DNA from: Thermodesulfobacteriota bacterium
GTDB lineage: Bacteria; Desulfobacterota; Binatia; Bin18
Assembly (NCBI GenBank): GCA_964291405.2
Contig: OZ219926.1
Span: 2,560,001-2,624,000 of the forward strand
Reading direction: 5' to 3'
Length of the DNA: 64,000 nt
In this document: piece by piece, positions 46,901-56,372 of the stretch
Layout of the letters: each line of letters starts with the position of its first letter
How positions within the stretch are numbered: position 1 is the first letter of the stretch
The notes under the pieces: generated by a model
Seen by the model: the letters and a program-made list of their open reading frames with translations, nothing else
The model's database searches: none
What the model was told of the DNA's origin: nothing
Made by a program: the position numbers and the translations under genes

Positions 46901-46921
46901 CCGTCTCCCTGGTGGCTGGCT

Positions 46922-48400
46922 TTACAAACTCAAGATATACTGCACGAGCGTCCGCACGCCAAAGCCGGTGCCGCCTCTCGGGGCATGCGGCAGGGCCCGC
47001 TCTGAAAAGGCCGGACCGGCAATATCCAGATGCGCCCAGGGGACCTCCGAGACAAACTCTTCAAGAAAAAGCGCTGCAGTAATCGCTCCCCCATAGCCCC
47101 CGCCGATATTTTTAATGTCGGCAATGGGACTCTTGATGTCGTCCTTATATTCCTTCACCAGGGGCATGGGCCATAATTGCTCGCCTGTCTCTTTGCTGCT
47201 GGCTAACAAATCATCCGTCAGCTTCTGATTATTGCTGAACAGCCCGGCGACTCGGGAGCCCAGGGCGACCATGCAGGCACCGGTCAGGGTGGCCAGATCA
47301 ATAATGACGTCGGGCTTGTCTTCTACGGCACAGATCAGCGCATCAGCCAGGATCAGGCGGCCCTCTGCATCCGTATTGAGAACCTCGACGGTTTTGCCGT
47401 TTCGATAGCTAATAATATCACCGGGTTTCTGAGCCGTGCCGCTCGGCATATTTTCAGACGAGGGTACATACCCCGTGACCTGCACCTGCGGCTTGAGCGC
47501 GGCAATCGCCCGCATCGTCCCCAGTACCGTTGCGCCACCCGACATATCAATCTTCATCGTCTCCATGGACTTTGCTGGCTTGAGCGAAAGTCCACCGGAG
47601 TCAAAGGTGAGCCCCTTCCCGACCAGGGCCACTTTCTTTTTGGGCTTTGCGGAGGGGATATAGCGCAGCTTGATGAAGCGGGGCTCTTCCGGACCGCCAC
47701 GCGAAACCGCGAGCAGGCCATACATTTTGGCTGCCTTGATCTTGTTCACACCCCAGACTTCGGTCTTGAGCCCGTTTCCGTCAGAGAGTTTTTTTGCTTG
47801 ATTGGCTAAGTAGGTGGGTGTGGAAACCGAAGCGGGTTCATTGACCAAATCGCGTGCCAGAAAGACACCAGGAACAGTATTCTGAACCGTTTCGAGGGAC
47901 TGGCTGAGCCGAGCACTTTTCCTGAGACCGGGACCGGCCAGGGTGAAGGTCTCGATGGCCGTCTTTTTCCCGTTGTCAGACTTGTACTTCTGAAAGGCAT
48001 ACCCGGATAGCAGTATCCCTTCGAGGACCGCAGCGCTCATGTCCTGTACATCCATGCCCGGTTCGACAAACCAGGTCATGCCTTTCGCGCGTTGCTCCTG
48101 CGCCTGGCGGCGGGCCGCAGCTCCAACCTGACGCCAGGTGGACGACTCAATGCTCGCCTGCTTCCCGAGTCCAACCAGCAAAACCAATACGCTGGGGAGG
48201 CGTTTATGCGTATGGAAGAGGAGGGTCTCACCCCGTTTGCCTTGGAATCGGCTGCGTCTCACCTGCTCGCGCAGCGCGCCGTCCACCGCCGCATCGAGGG
48301 CTTTCAGGTGTGCGGCGTTGTGTTTCCCTTGGGCGACCGAGACAACCAGCAGGTCACTGCGTATGGCCGTAATGGATCGCGATTGAATCCGAACGTTCAT
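46922..48400 (-). CDS. pepA: Leucyl aminopeptidase (M17)
   Basis: VGKGLTFDSGG, NTDAEGRL, DLATLTGA, WAHLDIAG. Confidence 0.95.
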   Translation of the reverse strand: MNVRIQSRSITAIRSDLLVVSVAQGKHNAAHLKALDAAVDGALREQVRRSRFQGKRGETLLFHTHKRLPSVLVLLVGLGKQASIESSTWRQVGAAARRQAQEQRAKGMTWFVEPGMDVQDMSAAVLEGILLSGYAFQKYKSDNGKKTAIETFTLAGPGLRKSARLSQSLETVQNTVPGVFLARDLVNEPASVSTPTYLANQAKKLSDGNGLKTEVWGVNKIKAAKMYGLLAVSRGGPEEPRFIKLRYIPSAKPKKKVALVGKGLTFDSGGLSLKPAKSMETMKIDMSGGATVLGTMRAIAALKPQVQVTGYVPSSENMPSGTAQKPGDIISYRNGKTVEVLNTDAEGRLILADALICAVEDKPDVIIDLATLTGACMVALGSRVAGLFSNNQKLTDDLLASSKETGEQLWPMPLVKEYKDDIKSPIADIKNIGGGYGGAITAALFLEEFVSEVPWAHLDIAGPAFSERALPHAPRGGTGFGVRTLVQYILSL

Positions 48401-48467
48401 AGCCTTTTTCCTTTTCTCGTAGCAGCCCGGACTGAGGCCAGCGCATTACGAAGCCGGGGCTGCTTCA

Positions 48468-48521
48468 AAAGAGGAAACGTGTCCAGCATCTACATGCTGT
48501 TGGAGGACACGTTTCCTCTTT
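48468..48521 (-). repeat. Dispersed palindromic element, copy 5, overlapping the 3' end of a small gene
   Basis: Minus strand AAAGAGGAAACGTGTCC-TCCAACAGCATGTAGATGCT-GGACACGTTTCCTCTTT; perfect 17-bp arms. Confidence 0.88.
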
Positions 48522-48666
48522 GTGTCAGGGCGCGCAACTGCCGTTTGACAGAGCGGATGTTGCGTCGGATCTTTTTGAGTTCTTTGTGTTCCTTTTGCTC
48601 CAGAGCAGTGTCCCGTTGCCCTTTGAGCTCCTTCATCTGTTTTTTCAGGTCGGCCTTTTCTGCCAT
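48490..48666 (-). CDS. Small basic coiled-coil protein
   Basis: MAEKADLKKQMKELKGQRD...KKIRRNIRSVKRQLR; RBS AAGGAAG. Confidence 0.7.
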   Translation of the reverse strand: MAEKADLKKQMKELKGQRDTALEQKEHKELKKIRRNIRSVKRQLRALTQRGNVSSNSM

Positions 48667-48676
48667 GATCGCTTCC

Positions 48677-48985
48677 TTATTTTTCCTTTTCTTCTTGGTC
48701 CTGGTTTGGCTTGAATGTCTTTTTTGCCAGATAAAACATTGCCGCGCCAGCCGCCCCATACATCAGGATGCCCTCAACCAGTCCGACTCCGCCAGCGAGC
48801 ATAAGCACCAGGGCAACCAGCGCTGTCCCAATGACAGCCACAATCTTTTCAATCCGTTCCTCCCGCCCGCGAACCTCTTCCACATGCGCACTCACCCGCG
48901 TTCCACACTCCGGACAACGTCCATTACGCTTGCGGTAGAGAATTTTTCCGCACTGGGGGCAGGGGATCCGGAGATGGAGTGGCAT
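48677..48985 (-). CDS. Small zinc-ribbon membrane protein
   Basis: CPQC...CPEC followed by two hydrophobic helices. Confidence 0.72.
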   Translation of the reverse strand: MPLHLRIPCPQCGKILYRKRNGRCPECGTRVSAHVEEVRGREERIEKIVAVIGTALVALVLMLAGGVGLVEGILMYGAAGAAMFYLAKKTFKPNQDQEEKEK

Positions 48986-49057
48986 ATGCTAGAAACACGA
49001 AGGCCCCGGCTCGTCACGCACGGCGACAAACAGGGGCCTTCTCAACTGTTGACAAGA

Positions 49058-50071
49058 TTATTCTACTGACCAGACGTCCCCGCGACGCAGGAGAGTGTCA
49101 ATATTCCCTGGGCCGGACTTCTCAACAGCATCCTGAATCTGTTTGTTCATCAAAGACTCGATCGTCGGCCGTTCAGTTGAAAACAGGACCCCAACCGGTG
49201 TGGGGAAATTGGGCGGCGTCATACGACCGAGCAAATAGGCCAGGGTTTGATCGTGTTCATCGTGAACCAACAGGTCTGAGGTGCTGACACCATTCCCGAT
49301 AGTGACCACCTCAGGGGTTAAACCCTTGAGGCGAATACCCCGGTCTTTGTTCTTGCCAAAGACCATGGGTTTGCCATGCTCAAGCAGCAGCTGGGTATCG
49401 GCCTTGGAGTCTTTCGCCTTCAGATACTCCCAGGCGCCGTCATTATAGACGTTGCAGTTTTGCAGGATTTCAATAAACGCGCCGCCCTTATGGGCGGCTG
49501 CGCGCCTCAGCGTTTCCTGCTGATGCTTGGCTTCCGTGTCGATACTGCGGGCAATAAACGTCGCCTCCGCTCCCATCGCCAGGGCTATCGGATTGAGCGG
49601 ATGGTCGGCCGAACCCATGGGCGTGGATTTGGCAACCTTGCCAAGCTCTGAAGTTGGCGAGTACTGGCCTTTTGTCAGACCGTAAATCCGGTTGTTGAAG
49701 AGCATGATTTTGAGCTCAACATTCCGGCGTAGCGCATGGATGAGATGATTCCCACCAATGCTCAAGCCGTCGCCGTCACCCGTGACCAGCCAAATGTGCA
49801 GATCGGGTCGGGAGACCTTAAGGCCGGTTGCAATCGCCGGCGCCCGACCATGAATGGTGTGAAAGCCATACGTGTTCATGTAGTACGGGAAGCGACTCGA
49901 ACAGCCGATACCCGAAATGAAAACCGCTTTCTCTTTGGGAATACCGAGCTCAGGGAAGATTTTTTGGACCTGAGCCAGAATGGCATAATCCCCACAGCCC
50001 GGACACCAACGGACGTCCTGGTCTGAAACAAAGTCTTTCCGGGTCAATTTTACCGCAGCTTCTGTGCTCAT
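49058..50071 (-). CDS. korB: 2-oxoacid:ferredoxin oxidoreductase beta subunit
   Basis: WCPGCGD, SGIGCSSR, GDGD, NNRIYGLTKGQYSPT. Confidence 0.93.
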   Translation of the reverse strand: MSTEAAVKLTRKDFVSDQDVRWCPGCGDYAILAQVQKIFPELGIPKEKAVFISGIGCSSRFPYYMNTYGFHTIHGRAPAIATGLKVSRPDLHIWLVTGDGDGLSIGGNHLIHALRRNVELKIMLFNNRIYGLTKGQYSPTSELGKVAKSTPMGSADHPLNPIALAMGAEATFIARSIDTEAKHQQETLRRAAAHKGGAFIEILQNCNVYNDGAWEYLKAKDSKADTQLLLEHGKPMVFGKNKDRGIRLKGLTPEVVTIGNGVSTSDLLVHDEHDQTLAYLLGRMTPPNFPTPVGVLFSTERPTIESLMNKQIQDAVEKSGPGNIDTLLRRGDVWSVE

Positions 50072-50076
50072 GGTCC

Positions 50077-51936
50077 TTAGTCCTCCAACATACGGGCAAT
50101 GCGGGTTGCAACTTCAGACACCTTAAACGGACGGCCTTGGATTTTATTCAGCCCAACCGCGTCAACCAGATATGCGGCGCGGATCAGCTTGAGAAGCTGG
50201 CCCATATTCATCTCCGGGACCAGCACCTTTTCATATCGGCTCAGGATGTCACCGAGGTCAGCGGGCAGCGGATTCAGATAGCGCAAATGGGCCTGGGCGA
50301 CCGAGTGGCCCTGCGCCTGCGCGGCCTCGACCGCGGCGGCAATAGCGCCATACGTACTGCCCCAACCCAGCACTAACAGCTTGCCCTGCTCGGGCCCCTT
50401 CACCTGAGTCGGAGGAATCTCCTGGGTGATTTTCCCCACCTTTTTATGCCGGACCCGCACCATCTGTTCGTGGTTGGCGGGGGCGTAGCTGATATTGCCG
50501 GTCAGATAATCTTTTTCAATACCGCCAATACGGTGCTCAAGACCGGGCGTCCCCGGTTTGACCCAGGGGCGGGCCAGGGTTTCTTCATCCCGCAGATAGG
50601 GGAAGAAGCCCTGCGGATCGGTCCGAAATTCGACCGGGATATTGGGCAGGTCATCAACGCTCGGCAGGAGCCAGGGCTCCGAGGCGTTGGCCAGGAATCC
50701 GTCGGTCAGCAGGATGACCGGCGTCATATACTTCATTGCGATCCGGGCCGCCTCAAAGGCGGCGTGAAAACAGTCGGCCGGTGTTGAGGCGGCAATCACG
50801 GGCAGAGGCGATTCTCCGTGCCGCCCATAGATTGCCTGGAGGAGGTCGGTTTGTTCGGGCTTGGTCGGCATACCCGTACTCGGCCCGGCCCGTTGGATGT
50901 TCGTAATCACCATGGGCAACTCAACCGTGGCGGCGAGACCCATGGTCTCACCCTTGAGGTTCATCCCCGGTCCGCTTGTGGTCGTAATGGCGAGCGCCCC
51001 GCCAAAAGCGGCGCCCAGGGCAGCTCCAACCCCGGCAATTTCGTCCTCTGCCTGGAACGTATAGACGTTGTAGTTTTTGTACTCGGCGAGTTCGTGCAAC
51101 ACATCGCTGGCCGGTGTAATCGGATAGCTGCCCAGAAAGAGCGGCAGCCCGGCCTTTTGAGCGGCAATTACAAAACCCAGGGCGGTGGCAGAGTTTCCCG
51201 TGATATTGCGATACGTCCCAGGATCGATCTCGGCCGGTTTGATCTCATAGGACGAGGCAAACATGTCGGTGTTTTCACCCAGGTTATAGCCGCCTTTGAT
51301 GGCCAGGGTGTTGGCCTCGGCGACAACCGGGGTCTTCCCGAACCGTTGCTGTATCCATTCCAGGGTGGGCTCAATCGGACGATTAAAGAGCCAGGAGACA
51401 ACGCCGAGGGCAAAAAAGTTTCGACTCCGCATGACCGACCGGTTTGGCAGGCCCGTGTCCTTCAGAGCCAGAGTCGTCATTTTGGTGACTTCCACCTGAT
51501 AGACCTGGTATTTGTCCAGCGAACTGTCCTCAAGCGGGTTGGCTTCGTATTCGGCTTTTCTCAGATTGGCCGAGGTAAATTCAGCCGGGTCAACGATGAG
51601 AATGCCGTTCTGCTTCAGGTCGGCAATATTGGTTTTGAGGGCGGCCGGATTCATGCACACCAGGGCATCGAGATCGTCGCCCGGTGTATAGACATTTTTA
51701 TTACTGAAATTGATCTGAAAGGCGCTCACGCCGTACAGCGTCCCGGTAGGAGCCCGGATTTCTGCCGGAAAGTCAGGCAAGGTCCCGACATCATTCCCGG
51801 CAAGCACGGATTCGGATGTAAAACGGGTGCCGGTCAGCTGCATGCCGTCCCCGGAATCACCGGCAAAACGGATAACGACGCTTTCACGTTCTTGCGTCGC
51901 TTTCTCTAGGGGCCCTCCCGCTGGATTGGTGGCCAT
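50077..51936 (-). CDS. korA: 2-oxoacid:acceptor oxidoreductase alpha subunit
   Basis: FAGDSGDG, PAEIR, YPITPAS, QAEDEIA, TSGPG, QRAGPSTG. Confidence 0.93.
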   Translation of the reverse strand: MATNPAGGPLEKATQERESVVIRFAGDSGDGMQLTGTRFTSESVLAGNDVGTLPDFPAEIRAPTGTLYGVSAFQINFSNKNVYTPGDDLDALVCMNPAALKTNIADLKQNGILIVDPAEFTSANLRKAEYEANPLEDSSLDKYQVYQVEVTKMTTLALKDTGLPNRSVMRSRNFFALGVVSWLFNRPIEPTLEWIQQRFGKTPVVAEANTLAIKGGYNLGENTDMFASSYEIKPAEIDPGTYRNITGNSATALGFVIAAQKAGLPLFLGSYPITPASDVLHELAEYKNYNVYTFQAEDEIAGVGAALGAAFGGALAITTTSGPGMNLKGETMGLAATVELPMVITNIQRAGPSTGMPTKPEQTDLLQAIYGRHGESPLPVIAASTPADCFHAAFEAARIAMKYMTPVILLTDGFLANASEPWLLPSVDDLPNIPVEFRTDPQGFFPYLRDEETLARPWVKPGTPGLEHRIGGIEKDYLTGNISYAPANHEQMVRVRHKKVGKITQEIPPTQVKGPEQGKLLVLGWGSTYGAIAAAVEAAQAQGHSVAQAHLRYLNPLPADLGDILSRYEKVLVPEMNMGQLLKLIRAAYLVDAVGLNKIQGRPFKVSEVATRIARMLED

Positions 51937-52076
51937 GGAATACCCTCCCCCTCTGCTGTGACAGTGTTGTCCGCCCAGAATTGTTACAGATTAGTCTGAA
52001 TACGACACGGAAGATTATGGCTCGGTAGAATATCCGACGTTACAAGCTCAAGGCAAGGGTCAGGCTGTCACCTAGG

Positions 52077-53813
52077 TTACAAAAAACGCAAAGAAAACGG
52101 GAGAATTGCCCATATTCGGTCTCGCTCCCAGGGCCAGCCGGTTCCGTGCGCTCTCCCTCCCAAAGGTAGGAGGCGTAAAAGGGAGGGGAGGCGGAGGAGG
52201 GAAGCGGGCTTGGGAAAACGTTCGACCCCAACCGGCCAGTAGTCAGGGAGCCCGACTCGATATTTGAGTTCGGCCAAAGCTTCTTCCAGCCCGCCGGTCC
52301 GGTCAACCAGGCCACGCGCCACGGCCTGTCTCCCACTCCAGACTCGCCCCTGGGCGCAGGCGTCAACCGCCTCATAACTGAGCGACCGACACTGGGCGAC
52401 TTTTTCGACAAAGTCGCGATAGAAGCTTTGGATTTCACTATTCATGCGCTCCTGTTCTGCCGGGCTAAAGGCCAGATAGTCCGAGAACAGGGCCGCGCGC
52501 TTACCGCGGGTCAGGATTTCCTTATCCAGACCAAGCTGGGCATACAGGCCCTGCAATACCGCCTTTCCGGCAATGACGCCAATCGAGCCGGTCACCGTTC
52601 CCTCCTCGGCAAAAACCGTCGTTCCGGCCAGCGCAATATAATAGCCTCCCGAAGCAGCCACATCGCCCAGCGAGATAATCACGGGCTTCTCTTCTTTGGT
52701 CTGGAGGATCTCGTGCCAGACCAGGTCAGAGGCCAGCCCGGACCCGCCGGGGCTCGACACGCGGATCAGAACCCCGGCAATATCGGGGTTTTCGCGGATA
52801 TGTTTGAGGTCCCGGATCACACTGCTGGAGCCGGTGGACTGAATCCCGTCACTCCCAGTCTCGGTTTCTCCACGCGTAATCGTTCCACCCACCGTCATGA
52901 AGGCAATCCGCGCCGGAGGATAACGGAGCGCCTGGCGCCGCATGAGTCGTCCGCGCCGTCGCAGATAGGCACCCGCTTCGATGAAGAGGTTTGGGTCGGT
53001 TGGGTCTGAATTCACCGCAGCAGCCCGTCCCTTTTCTTCAGTTTTTTCCTGTCGTCCGCGGCTTTCGAGCCAGTGCGGGATATCATCCTCATAGCCAATA
53101 TGATCGATCAGACCCATTTCCTGGGCTTCGCGAGGCAGAAACAGTCCCTGGTCAATGAGGTCGCGCACCGTCGCTTTGTCCGTATTACGGGTTGAGGCGA
53201 CTCCCTCGACAATCTGATCGTACAGGTCGTCCAGCAGACTGTTCATCATCTCCCGATGGGGCTCAGACAGGGATGTCCGTGTAAACGGCTCCCCGGCTGA
53301 CTTATACTGCCCGGCCTGAGTGACCTGGGCCTCGATGCCCAGCTTGTCGAGCGCGCCCTTGAAGAACATCGTTTCGGCCGCAAGACCGGTGACGGTCAGG
53401 TGACCGGCCGGAGCCATCGCCACCGCGTTTGCCGCGCTGGCGAGGTAATATTCCTGGGTGCCCCCCTCGGCCAGATAGACGAGAACGTATTTCCCGGCCT
53501 GACGGAGCGCCTGAATGGAGCGCCGCAGATTTTGCAGACGAGCCCAGCCCGTGTCCAGATTGTCGATGATGAGCACAACGGCGCTAAGCTGCTCGTCCTC
53601 ACGCGCCCAGCGCAGCAGGGTGGTCAGGGCGAACAGGTCCGGCGCGGTTGGACGGCGAAACGGCAGAAAGCCCAGGACACCAGCTTCGGCAATATGACCA
53701 GTCAGCTCTATCTGAAGAGTGTTATACGGCCGGTGCCGTCCGGTGAGACGGGCAAGAAGATCGATGGTCCAAAGAACGCAACGCGTAATGTTGCGGAACA
53801 AGAAGCGTATCAC
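52077..53813 (-). CDS. sppA: Signal peptide peptidase SppA, long type
   Basis: GQYKSAGEP, SPGGS, VAASGGYY, TGSIGV, QGRVWSG. Confidence 0.92.
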   Translation of the reverse strand: MIRFLFRNITRCVLWTIDLLARLTGRHRPYNTLQIELTGHIAEAGVLGFLPFRRPTAPDLFALTTLLRWAREDEQLSAVVLIIDNLDTGWARLQNLRRSIQALRQAGKYVLVYLAEGGTQEYYLASAANAVAMAPAGHLTVTGLAAETMFFKGALDKLGIEAQVTQAGQYKSAGEPFTRTSLSEPHREMMNSLLDDLYDQIVEGVASTRNTDKATVRDLIDQGLFLPREAQEMGLIDHIGYEDDIPHWLESRGRQEKTEEKGRAAAVNSDPTDPNLFIEAGAYLRRRGRLMRRQALRYPPARIAFMTVGGTITRGETETGSDGIQSTGSSSVIRDLKHIRENPDIAGVLIRVSSPGGSGLASDLVWHEILQTKEEKPVIISLGDVAASGGYYIALAGTTVFAEEGTVTGSIGVIAGKAVLQGLYAQLGLDKEILTRGKRAALFSDYLAFSPAEQERMNSEIQSFYRDFVEKVAQCRSLSYEAVDACAQGRVWSGRQAVARGLVDRTGGLEEALAELKYRVGLPDYWPVGVERFPKPASLLRLPSLLRLLPLGGRAHGTGWPWERDRIWAILPFSLRFL

Positions 53814-54030
53814 AACTATGGAATAGTCTATGCTTCTCCTGGCGGCTTCGGCAAGAGCGTCTGAGTTTAGCTCCTTCTCGCCGCAGTGAGCGAACGTTCA
53901 AATGAGGCAGTTCGCCGTCAAATAATGAGAACAATACCGAAGGGTGCTCTTAAGGGAAATCTGGTCAGACGACGGGAGATACGGTAGCACCTTCTCTTTA
54001 TAGGAGGAATACGAATAGAAGGAGGGGTAA

Positions 54031-54324
54031 GTGATGGCTCTCTGGTTGATCTTTATTTTGTTGGTTGTTTTGTTTGTACCAACTGGACTTTTAGCAATAC
54101 TTGGAACTGGCCCTATAACACTTCTAACAGAATTGGCTCAAGCTGATTATGCCATTTGGATTTTTCTTGTCGGCATCATTTCTATGATAACTCTGCTGGA
54201 TATATGGGGCAGAAAAGACAAAGAAAGAATAAAAGAAGCGCAAGAGAAAAAAGAATTCATGCGGCGAGAACGAAACCGTCGAAAATGGTTAAAAGAATTA
54301 GATGAAATGGAGAATAAAAAATAA
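54031..54324 (+). CDS. Small A+T-rich membrane protein
   Basis: Two TM helices plus a charged tail; RBS AAGGAGG. Confidence 0.65.
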   Translation: MMALWLIFILLVVLFVPTGLLAILGTGPITLLTELAQADYAIWIFLVGIISMITLLDIWGRKDKERIKEAQEKKEFMRRERNRRKWLKELDEMENKK

Positions 54325-54512
54325 ATTTTCTGTTTCAATCTAAAATAGTATATAGGTCCCATTCATTGTGATTCCAATGTCCGTATTCACAAACGTGATG
54401 ATCAATATCCGTGGATATCTCGTAGACCTGAGTGGGTAACGGGATAACAGGCTTGGAAGTGTTGATACTCGTAAAGGAAGAGGAAGAACGTTTTTCCGGG
54501 TTTGATGAAGGA

Positions 54513-55019
54513 TCACTTTCTTTTACAGAGGCTTCTATTACCAAGCAGCCGCTTATGACTTTCCTGAAAGTTCTCTATGCGAACCGTCACGTATCTCTTC
54601 CCTCTCCTTTTTTTGCGCTCCGTCGTGTAGACTTTACCTCGTGGGCTGTCGATCAGATTTTTATCCGCGAAATCCTTCCTTAGATTATCGTCGTTCGTAA
54701 AAAGCAGCCGTGCTCCGCTGATTTGGGCCAAAGCCACAATGTGCGCATCGTTGGATCGACACGAGCCGGTATTTTTCAGCGTTCCCGTTTTATTCTCTAT
54801 CTCATCATCGTTATAGAGACGGACCCGCCCTGCCGCCTCTGCTTGTTTTCGCCATGTCTGAAACTTTTTATTCTTGTCAAGTTCCTCAAGCAGCTTCCCT
54901 CCCGCGACCAACAGTGCATCTCCCGAGTTGAGCCAATTAAAGAACGCCTCTCCGGCTGGCGGACGATTGTTGGAGGTGAACACTTGGTGGGCAACATCAC
55001 TATCGAGAATGGCGCACAT
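54513..55019 (-). CDS. PIN-domain-like protein
   Basis: AILDSD, LLEEL, SNDAHIVALA and FTNDD give the four PIN acidic positions; ATG directly follows the ATPase TAA. Confidence 0.7.
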   Translation of the reverse strand: MCAILDSDVAHQVFTSNNRPPAGEAFFNWLNSGDALLVAGGKLLEELDKNKKFQTWRKQAEAAGRVRLYNDDEIENKTGTLKNTGSCRSNDAHIVALAQISGARLLFTNDDNLRKDFADKNLIDSPRGKVYTTERKKRRGKRYVTVRIENFQESHKRLLGNRSLCKRK

Positions 55020-56372
55020 TTAGAGCCTCAGCGATCTTCGCGTTTCTTCCATAAAGAACTGGCGATAGGACGGTGGCGCGTCCAAGATATTTCCCTCCTT
55101 ATCCAGGCGCAGAGAATGAATCCGAACGTCCAAATCTCCGCGCTCAAAGAACAAAATGGAAACATCCTCGGGTCTGAGACGCGTTGTACCGTCGCGAACA
55201 TCCATACGCACCCGATCAAGCAGGTGGTCACTATGCGTTTCAACCACCAACTGGCGATGCGGGGCGACTTGGCAAAACAGGCTTCCTAACGCAGCTTGAG
55301 CGCTAGGATGAAGGTGCACTTCCGGCTGCTGCAACAGACACATAGGGGGGGCATCATGGCGTAACAACTCGGTAATGACTGGTAGAACTTGGCTGACACC
55401 ATAACCGACGTCGATCAAGTTGCGGTGTGGTCCCTTGACCTTGCTACCAAATTTCCTAACCTGTACCTGAAAAGGTTCACTCTCCTTCTTTCCCAACGGT
55501 TTGACTAATATTTCATCGAAAAGACCAGCGGCTCGCCCGAATCGCTCTAATACCTTCTTTAGCGTTGGCCATAGCTTTTTGTCTTGGAAATACACAGAAG
55601 CCAGATACATTGGGATATAGTCGCCTTCAGGGTCCCGTGTCGGGCGTGTAGGGTCATAGGTACGGTGTGGTTTGGAGCGAACGGGGGCACTGGCATAGGG
55701 ACGCTGGTTGGAGTGCTGCATACCAAGTATAGAAACAAGTTGTTTGAGTATCGTCCAATCTTTGTAGATGGGTTGCTTGGAGCCTTGCAATATAGTGAAC
55801 TCCGCTTTTTCCCTGGTCTGCATGTCTATTAAAACGAAAGAGAGGGGGGGCATCCAATAACGGTCGGTGTCCAACAAGATACGGCGGTTAGCACGCTCCT
55901 GAAACCGCCAAGCGCCATCCGGTGTTCCGAAACGAATTTGCCAAGACTGATCTTTTTCGAGACCTTCTTTAATCCACGCCTCTCCATTGGCAAGGCGTCT
56001 TCTTACCGGAATTGGAACGGTCCCGTTTCGTCCGAAAGTCACCTCGAAACGGTAATGGTCAACTCCGTCGGTTACAGCTCTCCTGCTTTTCCCGGCTCTG
56101 GGACTACTCTCGAACCCAGCCTCAAAGGTATCGGCCCGTCCACCCCTTCCTCCTCGGTGGTGAGCGATCTCATCGAAGCTGCCGAGGTCATACGGCTCTT
56201 CTTTGAAATCTGGGACGCTCGTTTGGTAAGCGACATCCCATAATGCCCGGATCATCGCCATGAACGAGGTTTTGCCCGTGCTGTTCTCGCCTACCAGTAA
56301 CGTCAGTGGGGCAAGACGGGCGGTCTGCTCTTCCCGAAAGCAGCGGAAGTTTTTTAATGTGATCTGATCCAC
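55020..56372 (-). CDS. ABC/OLD-type ATPase (AAA_21, DUF3696-like C-terminus)
   Basis: LKNFRCF, GENSTGKTS, LIDVGYGVSQVLP, LLQQPEVHLHP, VETHS, LDKEG...FF. Confidence 0.88.
   Translation of the reverse strand: MDQITLKNFRCFREEQTARLAPLTLLVGENSTGKTSFMAMIRALWDVAYQTSVPDFKEEPYDLGSFDEIAHHRGGRGGRADTFEAGFESSPRAGKSRRAVTDGVDHYRFEVTFGRNGTVPIPVRRRLANGEAWIKEGLEKDQSWQIRFGTPDGAWRFQERANRRILLDTDRYWMPPLSFVLIDMQTREKAEFTILQGSKQPIYKDWTILKQLVSILGMQHSNQRPYASAPVRSKPHRTYDPTRPTRDPEGDYIPMYLASVYFQDKKLWPTLKKVLERFGRAAGLFDEILVKPLGKKESEPFQVQVRKFGSKVKGPHRNLIDVGYGVSQVLPVITELLRHDAPPMCLLQQPEVHLHPSAQAALGSLFCQVAPHRQLVVETHSDHLLDRVRMDVRDGTTRLRPEDVSILFFERGDLDVRIHSLRLDKEGNILDAPPSYRQFFMEETRRSLRL

Noticed and set aside
3022-48521. The 54-55 bp element as CRISPR repeats or integron attC sites
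   Set aside because: Copies are kilobases apart with no spacer periodicity and no cas genes; they lack RYYYAAC/GTTRRRY ends, a cassette array and an integrase.
48092-49069. 325-aa plus-strand ORF
   Set aside because: It lies antisense to pepA and two better-supported small genes, and its composition is not protein-like.
50818-51909. 363-aa plus-strand ORF
   Set aside because: Antisense shadow of korA.
54335-54544. 69-aa minus ORF after the PIN gene as a third system component
   Set aside because: It overlaps the PIN 3' end and has no RBS or motif, so it cannot be supported, though not excluded.
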